A stretch of DNA of 64,000 bases from Clostridia bacterium. GTDB taxonomy: Bacteria; Bacillota; Clostridia; TANB77; UBA1234. Shown here piece after piece: positions 40,003 to 48,727 of the stretch. Below the pieces are notes generated by a model. That model was not told where the DNA came from and ran no database searches. It worked only from the letters and a program-made list of their open reading frames with translations. Numbering within the stretch: the stretch's first letter is position 1; each line of letters opens with the position of its first letter. The stretch lies in contig JAFTQC010000032.1 of the NCBI GenBank assembly GCA_017462965.1, forward strand, positions 138,026 through 202,025, read 5' to 3'. Both the position numbers and the translations under genes were made by a program.

Positions 40003-41811
40003 GTGACAAATCAAGAAAATATTAGGAATTTTTGTATAATTGCACATATAGACCATGGAAAATCAACTCTAGCGGATAGATTGATAGAGCTTACAGGAGT
40101 TTTAACTAAGCGTGAAATGCAAGAGCAAGTCCTTGATAATATGGATTTAGAGCGTGAAAGAGGCATTACAATTAAGCTTCAATCTGTTAGAACTACTTAT
40201 AAAGCAAAAGATGGAAAAGAATATATATTGAATTTAATAGATACACCTGGTCATGTTGACTTTACATATGAGGTTTCAAGAAGTTTGGCTGCTTGTGAGG
40301 GGGCTATTTTAGTCGTTGACGCCTCTCAAGGTATTGAAGCACAGACCTTGGCTAATGTTTATTTGGCTTTAGATAATAACCTTGAAATCATTCCGGTTCT
40401 AAATAAAATTGACCTTCCGAGTGCTAATCCGGAGATGGTTATTGAGGAAATTGAAAATGTTATAGGTATTGAAGCTCAGGATGCTCCTAGAGTTTCTGCA
40501 AAAACAGGCTTAAATATTGACCAAGTTTTGGAAAAGGTAGTTACAGGGATTCCTGCACCTTCTGGAGATGTTAATGCACCAACAAAAGCACTTATATTTG
40601 ATTCTTATTATGATAATTATAAAGGTGCGGTTGCTTATATTAGAGTAAAAGAAGGAAGAATTAAGGTTGGCGATGAAATCAAATTTATGGCTACGAATAA
40701 AACATATACGGTTACTGAAGTTGGATATTTTGGTGCGGGCACTTATGTTCCAACAGAAGAACTTACAGCTGGTGAAGTTGGATATGTTGCTGCAAGTATA
40801 AAAAATGTATCAGATATCAACGTTGGTGATACTATTACTACAAAGACTAATTCTGCAGAGGAGCCTCTACCTGGCTACAAGAAGATAATGCCTATGGTTT
40901 ACTGTGGTATTTATCCTGCTGATGGTAGTGATTATGAGGATTTGAAGGCTGCTTTAGAAAAACTATCGCTAAATGATGCTTCATTATTTTGGGAACCAGA
41001 AACATCTGTTGCATTAGGATTTGGATTTAGATGTGGTTTCCTTGGACTTCTTCATATGGAAATTATCCAAGAACGTATCGATAGAGAGTATGATTTGAAC
41101 GTTATCACAACGTCTCCAAGTGTTATTTACAAGGTTATTAAAACTGATGGAGAAAAATTTGATTTATACAATCCTACTGAACTTCCATCGATGCAAGAAG
41201 TTTCAAAAATGGAAGAACCGATTGTTAAAGCTGATATAATGCTTCCAAAACAATACGTTGGGAATATTATGGAGCTTTGTCAAGATAGACGTGGTATTTA
41301 TAAGGACATGAAATACTTGGATGAAACAAGAGTTATCTTATCTTATGAAATGCCACTTAATGAGATTATTTATGATTTCTTTGATGCACTTAAATCAAGG
41401 ACAAAGGGGTATGCATCTTTTGATTACGAGATTATAGGTTATAGAGAATCTGATCTTGTTAAACTTGATATTTTACTTAATGGAGATTTGATTGATGCAT
41501 TTTCTATGATTGTACATAAAGATAAAGCATATGCTCGTGGAAGAAAAATGGCTGAAAAGCTTAAGACAACTATTCCAAGACAAATGTTTGAAATACCTAT
41601 TCAAGCTGCCATTGGTGGTAAAGTTATTGCAAGAGAAACTATTTCAGCAATGAGAAAAGACGTACTTGCGAAATGTTATGGTGGAGATATTACTCGTAAA
41701 AAGAAATTATTAGAGAAACAAAAGGAAGGAAAGAAGAAGATGAGACAGCTTGGTACGGTTGAAGTTCCACAAGAGGCGTTCTTATCAATTCTTAAATTGG
41801 ATGAAGAATAA
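40003..41811 (+). CDS. lepA: Elongation factor 4.
   Basis: G-domain AHIDHGKST and DTPGHVDF, plus the LepA C-terminal domain. GTG start. Confidence 0.9.
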   Translation: MTNQENIRNFCIIAHIDHGKSTLADRLIELTGVLTKREMQEQVLDNMDLERERGITIKLQSVRTTYKAKDGKEYILNLIDTPGHVDFTYEVSRSLAACEGAILVVDASQGIEAQTLANVYLALDNNLEIIPVLNKIDLPSANPEMVIEEIENVIGIEAQDAPRVSAKTGLNIDQVLEKVVTGIPAPSGDVNAPTKALIFDSYYDNYKGAVAYIRVKEGRIKVGDEIKFMATNKTYTVTEVGYFGAGTYVPTEELTAGEVGYVAASIKNVSDINVGDTITTKTNSAEEPLPGYKKIMPMVYCGIYPADGSDYEDLKAALEKLSLNDASLFWEPETSVALGFGFRCGFLGLLHMEIIQERIDREYDLNVITTSPSVIYKVIKTDGEKFDLYNPTELPSMQEVSKMEEPIVKADIMLPKQYVGNIMELCQDRRGIYKDMKYLDETRVILSYEMPLNEIIYDFFDALKSRTKGYASFDYEIIGYRESDLVKLDILLNGDLIDAFSMIVHKDKAYARGRKMAEKLKTTIPRQMFEIPIQAAIGGKVIARETISAMRKDVLAKCYGGDITRKKKLLEKQKEGKKKMRQLGTVEVPQEAFLSILKLDEE

Positions 41812-41832
41812 TATTAAAAAGGAGAGTCTAAG

Positions 41833-42702
41833 ATGAGAGACTTTAAAAATGAGAGAAAGGGTAATACAAAAGGTAAAAGAGATTATAAACAAAGTTCAAA
41901 ACCAAGAAGAGATTATGAAAAATCTGAATCAAGGGTAAAAAGTAATAAAAGAGATGAAGATACTGGAGATTTTAAAGTTGAAGGTAGAAATGCAGTTATT
42001 GAGCTTTTAAAATCAGGCAAACCAGTAAATAAAGTCTTCATTCAAAAAGGCGAAAGGCAAGGTTCTATTAACGAAGTAATCAAGCTTACTAAAAAGAATA
42101 ATAATTTAATTTCTGAAGTTGAAAAATCTAAGTTGGATATGCTTTCAGATACAGGACACCATCAAGGTGTTATTGCTTTTGTTTCTCCAGTTGAATATAA
42201 GACTTTGGACGATATCTTTGCTTTAGCTAGTGAAAGAAATGAAGATCCATTTATACTTATTGCCGATGAAATTGAAGATCCACACAATTTAGGTGCATTA
42301 ATTAGAACTGCTGAATGTGCAGGATGCCACGGAGTGATAATACCAAAAAGACGTGCTGTCGGTGTTACAGAAGTTGTTGCAAAAACATCAGTAGGAGCTA
42401 CAGAGTATGTTCCTGTTGCAAGAGTTAACAACATAAACGAAACAATTAAAGAGTTACAAGATAGAGGCGTATGGATAGTTGGTACAGACGGAAATGCAGA
42501 CAAACTATACTACGAACAAGACTTAACAGGTCCTATTGCAATAATAATTGGAAGTGAAGGAAAAGGAATGGGAAATCTTACAATGAAAAATTGTGATTTC
42601 TTAGTTAAAATTCCTATGATGGGAAAAATTACTTCACTTAATGCAAGTGTATCAGGTGGAGTAGTGGTGTTTGAAGCGTTAAGACAAAGACTGTTAAAAT
42701 AA
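41833..42702 (+). CDS. SpoU/TrmH-family rRNA 2'-O-methyltransferase (RlmB-like) with a K/R-rich N-terminal extension.
   Basis: SPOUT motifs IGSEGKGM and a GxG segment. Confidence 0.75.
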   Translation: MRDFKNERKGNTKGKRDYKQSSKPRRDYEKSESRVKSNKRDEDTGDFKVEGRNAVIELLKSGKPVNKVFIQKGERQGSINEVIKLTKKNNNLISEVEKSKLDMLSDTGHHQGVIAFVSPVEYKTLDDIFALASERNEDPFILIADEIEDPHNLGALIRTAECAGCHGVIIPKRRAVGVTEVVAKTSVGATEYVPVARVNNINETIKELQDRGVWIVGTDGNADKLYYEQDLTGPIAIIIGSEGKGMGNLTMKNCDFLVKIPMMGKITSLNASVSGGVVVFEALRQRLLK

Positions 42703-42704
42703 AA

Positions 42705-42805
42705 AAGGACAAAGGGACGGGGCTTTTGTCCTTTTGGAGAATAATTTTTTATAGTGCTGATTTAAACAAGAAAAAAAGGACAAAAGCCCCGTCCCTTTGT
42801 CCTTT
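42705..42805. repeat. Two H2 units in inverted orientation about 50 bp apart. They can form either two local hairpins or one long stem.
   Basis: ggacaaagggacggggcttttgtcc ... ggacaaaagccccgtccctttgtcc. Confidence 0.65.
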
Positions 42806-42825
42806 TTTATTAAGGAGGAAATCTA

Positions 42826-43404
42826 ATGGAAAGAGAAGAACTTATGCAAGCTGTTGAAGCCATGATTTTTGCAAGTGGCAGACCAGTTACTGCAAAAGCG
42901 TTATCGGAAATATTGGATACAGATACTAAAGAGGTTGAAAGTGCGGTTGATGAGTTAAAAGAAAAGTTGATTGAAAGAAAAAGCGGAATTCAGGTTATAA
43001 AGGTGAATGATACATATCAACTTGCTACTCTTGAAAAGTTTTATTCGTATATTTGTAAGTTATTAGATAATAGACCAAAGCCAAATCTTTCACAAGCGGC
43101 ACTAGAGGTGCTTTCTATTGTTGCGTATAATCAAGGTATTACAAGGGCAGAAATAGAAAAAATTAGAGGTGTTTCTTCTGATAGTGCATTGAGCAGACTT
43201 TTGGAATATAGTTTGGTTGAAGAAGCTGGTAAAATGAATGCACCAGGTAGACCAATGATGTATAAGACAACAGATGATTTTCTGAAAATGTTTGGGTATA
43301 CGTCGCTTAAAGATTTGCCAGAATTACTTACGATAAAAGAAGCTTTGGACGAAGAGGACGGGCAAATAAAGATAGAGGAAGATTCCTTAGATAAAGAAGA
43401 TTAA
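42826..43404 (+). CDS. scpB: Segregation and condensation protein B.
   Basis: EAMIFASGRPV and the twin winged-helix pattern. Confidence 0.85.
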   Translation: MEREELMQAVEAMIFASGRPVTAKALSEILDTDTKEVESAVDELKEKLIERKSGIQVIKVNDTYQLATLEKFYSYICKLLDNRPKPNLSQAALEVLSIVAYNQGITRAEIEKIRGVSSDSALSRLLEYSLVEEAGKMNAPGRPMMYKTTDDFLKMFGYTSLKDLPELLTIKEALDEEDGQIKIEEDSLDKED

Positions 43405-43424
43405 TACCATAGGAGGTTAAAAGA

Positions 43425-43586
43425 ATGATTCTAACACAACTCCAAAAAGAATTGATACAAGAGATGGTAGAACAAGGGACGTCAAAAGATGTAGTTAATA
43501 AAGTAATATCTAGATTAGAGACAGCAGAACAACAAGAGGAAATGATGAAATATTTAGTTTCAAACAGAAAAAAGAATATATTATAA
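43425..43586 (+). CDS. 53-aa small acidic protein, below the ORF-track length cutoff.
   Basis: RBS aggagg 7 nt before the ATG. Confidence 0.35.
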   Translation: MILTQLQKELIQEMVEQGTSKDVVNKVISRLETAEQQEEMMKYLVSNRKKNIL

Positions 43587-43743
43587 TTAACAATAGAAGA
43601 GCTAGAATTATTTTCTAGTTCTTTTTCTTTGGATAAAAATATAAATGTGTTTTGTATTTCTTGTCATCAATATTCTTGACGAAAAATTTTATAATGTGAT
43701 ATCCTAAAAATTAAGAAAATAATAAGAAGAGGAGTGGGGTTTT

Positions 43744-45033
43744 GTGTTTAAAAACGTGTCATTAATAATTTCGTTGCTTTTATCAGGAACAATGCTTTTA
43801 TCAGGATGTTCTATAGAAGAGCAACATCCAAATCTAGAGGTATTAAATCCAGAAGTAGTTAACCCAATAATTGAACATGTTAGTGGAGAAGAAGCAGAAA
43901 TAGGTAATTTAAATGAAAAAACTATCGGTTTTAATGTATTTGATTCAAGTTTAATTTCTTTTATTGATATAGAAAAATCAAAAGAAAATTATATGATTTC
44001 TCCATTATCTTTTAAATGCGCTTTAGGTTTAGCTGTGTCTGGTGCAAGTGGAGATACAGCTAAAGAGCTATATGGTGTTTTAGGTTATGATGATTTTTCG
44101 GATTTTGAAAGTTTGATGAGACGCATAAATGATTTAAAAGTACAATTTGATTCGTATAACGAGAGAATACAAGGTTATGAATGGATTGAAGAAAAAGAAA
44201 AGGAAGGTATGAAGATTCATTTTGATGTAGCGAATTCAGTGTGGGATGTTTCAGGCAAACTAAAAGAAGATTATATAGAAGAAGTAAAATCAAAAATTAA
44301 TGCTGAGGCTAAAAATACTTCTATTAATACAGTTGTAGAGGAAGTCAACACATGGGTAAATGAGAAAACAAGAGGATTGATTCCTCAGCTTTTAAGTAAT
44401 GTCCCTCCTGATTTAGGTGCAGTTTTAGTTAATACTGTTTATTTAAAATCAAGCTGGTTTGAGGAATTTAGTGTTACTGCAAATCCTATGAAATTCACTG
44501 ATGTTGATAATAATGTAGTTGAGAAAGAAAGTATAAATAAAACAGATAAATTTGCTTATTATAAAGATGATGATTCAGAGTTAGTTATAGTTCCTTTAAA
44601 TGGTGGAGCAAATATTGCATATGTTTTGGGTTCTAGAGAGAATATTTCAGAAAAAATAAATAAGGCTGAAAAGAAGAAAGAAATTTATGTAGAAGTACCT
44701 AAAATTGAGATGGAAACTACATTCGACAAAAAGGAATTAGTAAATTATTTGCAAGCAAATGGAGTAAAAGAAGCATTTTTAGAAACTGCTGATTTTGATA
44801 AAATGTCAGAAGATATGTTTATAGGAGATATTATTCAAAAAACAAAAATTAAAACAGATGAAAAAGGACTTGAAGCCGCTGCCGCAACAGCAATAATAAT
44901 GAAAGATAATGCAATGTTTATGGAACAAGAAGAACCAATTAAATTCATATGTGATAAACCATTTACTTTTTATATTTATTCTGAAATAGATGGTGTGAAA
45001 GATTTAATGTTCTTTGGAAACTATGTAAAATAA
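43744..45033 (+). CDS. Serpin-family protease inhibitor that is a predicted lipoprotein (lipobox LLSGC).
   Basis: The serpin C-terminal signature FICDKPFTFYIY is present. GTG start. Confidence 0.8.
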   Translation: MFKNVSLIISLLLSGTMLLSGCSIEEQHPNLEVLNPEVVNPIIEHVSGEEAEIGNLNEKTIGFNVFDSSLISFIDIEKSKENYMISPLSFKCALGLAVSGASGDTAKELYGVLGYDDFSDFESLMRRINDLKVQFDSYNERIQGYEWIEEKEKEGMKIHFDVANSVWDVSGKLKEDYIEEVKSKINAEAKNTSINTVVEEVNTWVNEKTRGLIPQLLSNVPPDLGAVLVNTVYLKSSWFEEFSVTANPMKFTDVDNNVVEKESINKTDKFAYYKDDDSELVIVPLNGGANIAYVLGSRENISEKINKAEKKKEIYVEVPKIEMETTFDKKELVNYLQANGVKEAFLETADFDKMSEDMFIGDIIQKTKIKTDEKGLEAAAATAIIMKDNAMFMEQEEPIKFICDKPFTFYIYSEIDGVKDLMFFGNYVK

Positions 45034-45186
45034 TAATTTTAAAATTGGAAATTAGTATTATGCTAATTTCTAATTTTTTTACAAAATTTCTGGCATAATT
45101 ATTCAAAAATCACATTTAATACATGAATTTTTCACAAAAAATATATAAAATAAGGACTAATGAAACTTAAATAAGGAGGAGTTTTT

Positions 45187-46746
45187 TTGAAAAAGGTTAG
45201 CATATTATTTATTTTTGTAATGTTATTTACTATGAGTGCTGTTTTTGCGGAGCCAAATCAAGCTTTTTATGATGTTGTTTTAAATGATAATGTCACTACA
45301 GTAAATGGTGAGAATATATCTACAGATTTGACTAAAGACATCTATTGGTCAGAGAATATGAATAATGGTGGAACAAGTGATGAGGCTATTGTTGCTAATG
45401 TAAAAGTTGATGATGTTATTAATATTAAGGCGCCAGGAACATATAGAATTACTGGAACACTTACAAGCGGACAAATTGCTATTGATACAAATAGTATAGA
45501 TGGTGATGTTGTTATTATTCTTGCTGGTGCGAGTATTACGTGTAATGATGGTCCCGCTATTGTTGCTTATAATGTGAATACGAAAACAGCTGATAATTGC
45601 AATGTAACTATTAGAACGGAGAAAAATACTGAAAGTTATGTTTATGGCACTAGAGTAAAGACTAGTGTAATAGGATGGCCTGATCAAGAAAAGATTGTAT
45701 ACAATATTGAAAAAGGTACTAATGATGAGGGACAATATTTTGAACAGTATAAGTATGACGGTGCGATTAGTTCAGATATTTCTTTGACTTTTGACGGTGA
45801 AGGTACTTTGAAATTTGAATCTGGTAGAGAGGGTATCGAGGTTAAAGGTGACATTATCATTAATAGTGGTAATTATATTTTTAATACAGATGAAGATGGA
45901 ATTAATGCTTGTTTAGATCGTGAGAGTGTTATTGAAATCAACGGTGGTAACATTTTGGTTGCAACTAGGAAAGATGGTCCTCAAGGTGATGGCATAGATT
46001 CAAATGGATATTTGTATATCAATGGTGGTAATATATATTCTTTTGCAAATCCAACTACAGGTGATAGTGGAATAGATTCTGATTTAGGTATTTTCATCAA
46101 TGGCGGTAATGTAGTTGCTACAGGTAATATGTATGACATGATTGAAACTGAGTCAAAGCAAGATTTTATTTTGATTCCGTTTGGTGAAAAAATTAAAGAG
46201 GGAACATTAATAACTGTGGTAAATGAAAAGGATGAGCCTGTTATCGCCTTTGAAACAGAAAGAGACTATACGATTTTGACAATTAGTAATCCTGAGTTAA
46301 GAAGAGGCGTTTATTCAATTTACAAAGGTGGAACAATTGAAGGAGAGGCAACAAACGGGTTGTATTCAAATATAACTTCCTATACAAAAGGAGAAAAAAT
46401 TGACGTAACAGTGTATACAAAAGAAGATGAATATAGAGGAAGAGGTCCTGGTGGCATGATGATGCCAAATAATTTCGTTAGAGAGTTAAATATTGGATTA
46501 GTTGTTTTACTTGGCGTAGTTGCTGCTGTGTGTGTTGTATTTGCTATAGTACTAATTAAGAAGGAAAAGGGAAGAGTAGCTAACTTGTTTTTAGGTATGA
46601 TTGCCGGTGGAGCAATTATTGCGATTATATTTATGATTATGGGCACTGCAAGAGTAAATAATCCATATGATATGTTTAAAGGAGAAAGAAATTTCGGCGA
46701 TTTTTCTAGCGAAAGACCAACAATGAATCAAAATCAAAGATTTTAA
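45187..46746 (+). CDS. Secreted right-handed beta-helix repeat protein (Cthe_2159 / carbohydrate-binding-like) with C-terminal TM anchors.
   Basis: Repeated GDGIDSNGYLYINGGN and GDSGIDSDLGIFINGGN turns. TTG start after ggagga. Confidence 0.6.
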   Translation: MKKVSILFIFVMLFTMSAVFAEPNQAFYDVVLNDNVTTVNGENISTDLTKDIYWSENMNNGGTSDEAIVANVKVDDVINIKAPGTYRITGTLTSGQIAIDTNSIDGDVVIILAGASITCNDGPAIVAYNVNTKTADNCNVTIRTEKNTESYVYGTRVKTSVIGWPDQEKIVYNIEKGTNDEGQYFEQYKYDGAISSDISLTFDGEGTLKFESGREGIEVKGDIIINSGNYIFNTDEDGINACLDRESVIEINGGNILVATRKDGPQGDGIDSNGYLYINGGNIYSFANPTTGDSGIDSDLGIFINGGNVVATGNMYDMIETESKQDFILIPFGEKIKEGTLITVVNEKDEPVIAFETERDYTILTISNPELRRGVYSIYKGGTIEGEATNGLYSNITSYTKGEKIDVTVYTKEDEYRGRGPGGMMMPNNFVRELNIGLVVLLGVVAAVCVVFAIVLIKKEKGRVANLFLGMIAGGAIIAIIFMIMGTARVNNPYDMFKGERNFGDFSSERPTMNQNQRF

Positions 46747-46853
46747 AAATCGTCCGTTGGGGACGTCCATTAAATGGACGATTTGGTAACAAAAAGGCGC
46801 CCTTTTGGGGCGTCTCTTTTTTCTACTGTGTAAGATGATACAGTAGAGGGTGA

Positions 46854-47462
46854 TCAGTTGTCGTATTCCTCACAGGCAGCGTCGATGATTTTCGAAGAAT
46901 CGACACCTGCTTCATCGCAGAGCTGCTGGAAGAAACGGGCGTCGTCTTCACCTTCGTCATAGGCTGCATCATTGAGCGAATCGAGGTGTTCACGTTCGAC
47001 CATCGCATTGTAATGGGGGTCGTTCTTGATTTTCTCATGAATCTCGTGTCCCCAGGGATTTTCCTGCATTTTCATGTTGTACAGAAGCCCAGTAAGGACG
47101 TAGACATCGTTCGTCGCCAGGAGAATGGATGCCGCTTTCTGGCAAAGATTCTCATTCTGAGAGAGAATGCTTTGAACAGCTCCGTTTTTCTTCTGAGCAA
47201 AAACAATCTGAGCTTTTTCACAGATTGCCTTGTTTTCAGCCAGAGTGTCCCACAGAAACTCGAAGTCGCTGTTTGTCGCGATACGAATCTGTAATTGGGG
47301 AATGATGCAGGGATTGCTTGCCAATGCTTCAATGAAGCAATTTTCATCGAGCTTCCAAACAGCAAGCTGTTCTTCTTTGGAGAGCTGCTGGGTTGCTACA
47401 TACCGTTCGACATCGGCGGTAGAAGCTTGGTAGAGGAATGCTTCGAACTTTTTCATTTCCAT
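46854..47462 (-). CDS. 202-aa acidic hypothetical protein with higher GC.
   Basis: RBS aaggag. Its minus-strand promoter TTGACA-17-TATAAT lies at plus 47579-47607. Confidence 0.5.
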   Translation of the reverse strand: MEMKKFEAFLYQASTADVERYVATQQLSKEEQLAVWKLDENCFIEALASNPCIIPQLQIRIATNSDFEFLWDTLAENKAICEKAQIVFAQKKNGAVQSILSQNENLCQKAASILLATNDVYVLTGLLYNMKMQENPWGHEIHEKIKNDPHYNAMVEREHLDSLNDAAYDEGEDDARFFQQLCDEAGVDSSKIIDAACEEYDN

Positions 47463-47578
47463 TTTCGTTTTGCTCCTTCTTTTTTGTCTTCATCGCTATT
47501 TAGCATAGCGACTACAGGAAATGATTCTGCAATAGCACGTAAAAGAATGCTACCTTGCAAATTCAGAATCACAAAAAA

Positions 47579-47620
47579 ATTATACCATTGTTTGAATTTT
47601 ATGTCAACTTATGGTATAAT
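47579..47620. promoter_or_regulatory. Back-to-back overlapping divergent sigma-A promoters on a quasi-palindrome. Minus strand: TTGACA-17-TGgTATAAT. Plus strand: TTGAAT-17-TGgTATAAT.
   Basis: The -35 boxes of the two promoters interdigitate (47592-47597 plus, 47602-47607 minus). Confidence 0.55.
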
Positions 47621-47686
47621 GTCTCTGTTGAAGTTCGACTTTCAACGGTATCCAATCAAATAATTTAGAAGGGATGTGAAAACAAG

Positions 47687-48655
47687 GTGGGTAAGAAGCA
47701 ACTGACGTATACCCCACTGAGGCTGGTCGATGAGTACAGCCGGGCTATCCGAGAGTTTGAAAAAGCGCGAGCTTTGAGAACAATTGGTGGAGCCGAAGAT
47801 GAAGTTGGTGCTGCTGTTGAATTCGCTGTACCGCGGATTTACGAGCGAAATGGCATCAAAGGACGCAAGCCTACGAAGGCGGAAGAGGATTTACTTGTTT
47901 ACCAAATCTATGATTATGCAATTGCAACGGTAATTGCATCATATTGGAGCAAGTGTAAGCAGGTGTATACCTTTTCTCGTGATTTCTATGAGATGCTCCT
48001 GGATATGGATGATTTCGATATTGGCTGGTCGCTTTTCGACTATCTGCCGTACGAAGCGTTCTATCTGGAACTCAAGGAACACAAGGAAATTGATGGTGTG
48101 CTTGTAAAGTATACGAAAGGTCCGAGACCTTCGATTCTTTACACTATCTGTGGTAAGAAAGGTAGATTGCTTAACATCAATAGCGGCATTGTGGATCCTC
48201 GTGACAATATCAGCTATAAGAGCTTCTTTGAGACGGAAGTCTTTTGCTCTAAAGCGGATATGAGTGCTCCTTACGTTGTGCTTGTGAGGCAAGTGTTGGC
48301 GTTCACTTTGCAGGCATGCATGTATCTGTGTGCGAAGAATGCAGATATTGAGGAAAATCCTCTCCAGAAGAAGATTTATACTCCGTCCAAAACGATTCGG
48401 AATCGTTTCTCCGAAATTCGCAAGTGGGATGTAGGTGTACGAGTCGTTCGCGAGCATAAGGCTGCACAAGATCTGTCAACGGAAACATCTGATGCACCTG
48501 ATGTATTTCGGCGTAGGCCCCGTCAACATTGGCGCAAAGCCCACTGGCATACCTACTGGGTAGGCAAGGGACGAGCCAAGCGCGAGCTCAAGTTCATCGC
48601 TCCGGTACTGGTGAATGATAACGGTGACGAGATGCCGGTAATTGTTCACGAGTAA
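47687..48655 (+). CDS. 322-aa hypothetical protein, about 55% GC. GTG start.
   Basis: Served by the plus promoter at 47592-47620. CG-rich codons. Confidence 0.5.
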   Translation: MGKKQLTYTPLRLVDEYSRAIREFEKARALRTIGGAEDEVGAAVEFAVPRIYERNGIKGRKPTKAEEDLLVYQIYDYAIATVIASYWSKCKQVYTFSRDFYEMLLDMDDFDIGWSLFDYLPYEAFYLELKEHKEIDGVLVKYTKGPRPSILYTICGKKGRLLNINSGIVDPRDNISYKSFFETEVFCSKADMSAPYVVLVRQVLAFTLQACMYLCAKNADIEENPLQKKIYTPSKTIRNRFSEIRKWDVGVRVVREHKAAQDLSTETSDAPDVFRRRPRQHWRKAHWHTYWVGKGRAKRELKFIAPVLVNDNGDEMPVIVHE

Positions 48656-48727
48656 AGACAACAAAAAAGAGGAAATTTGCTATTGTAGCGGGTTTCCTCT
48701 TTTTCATTTGTTGTAGTACCTCAAAAA

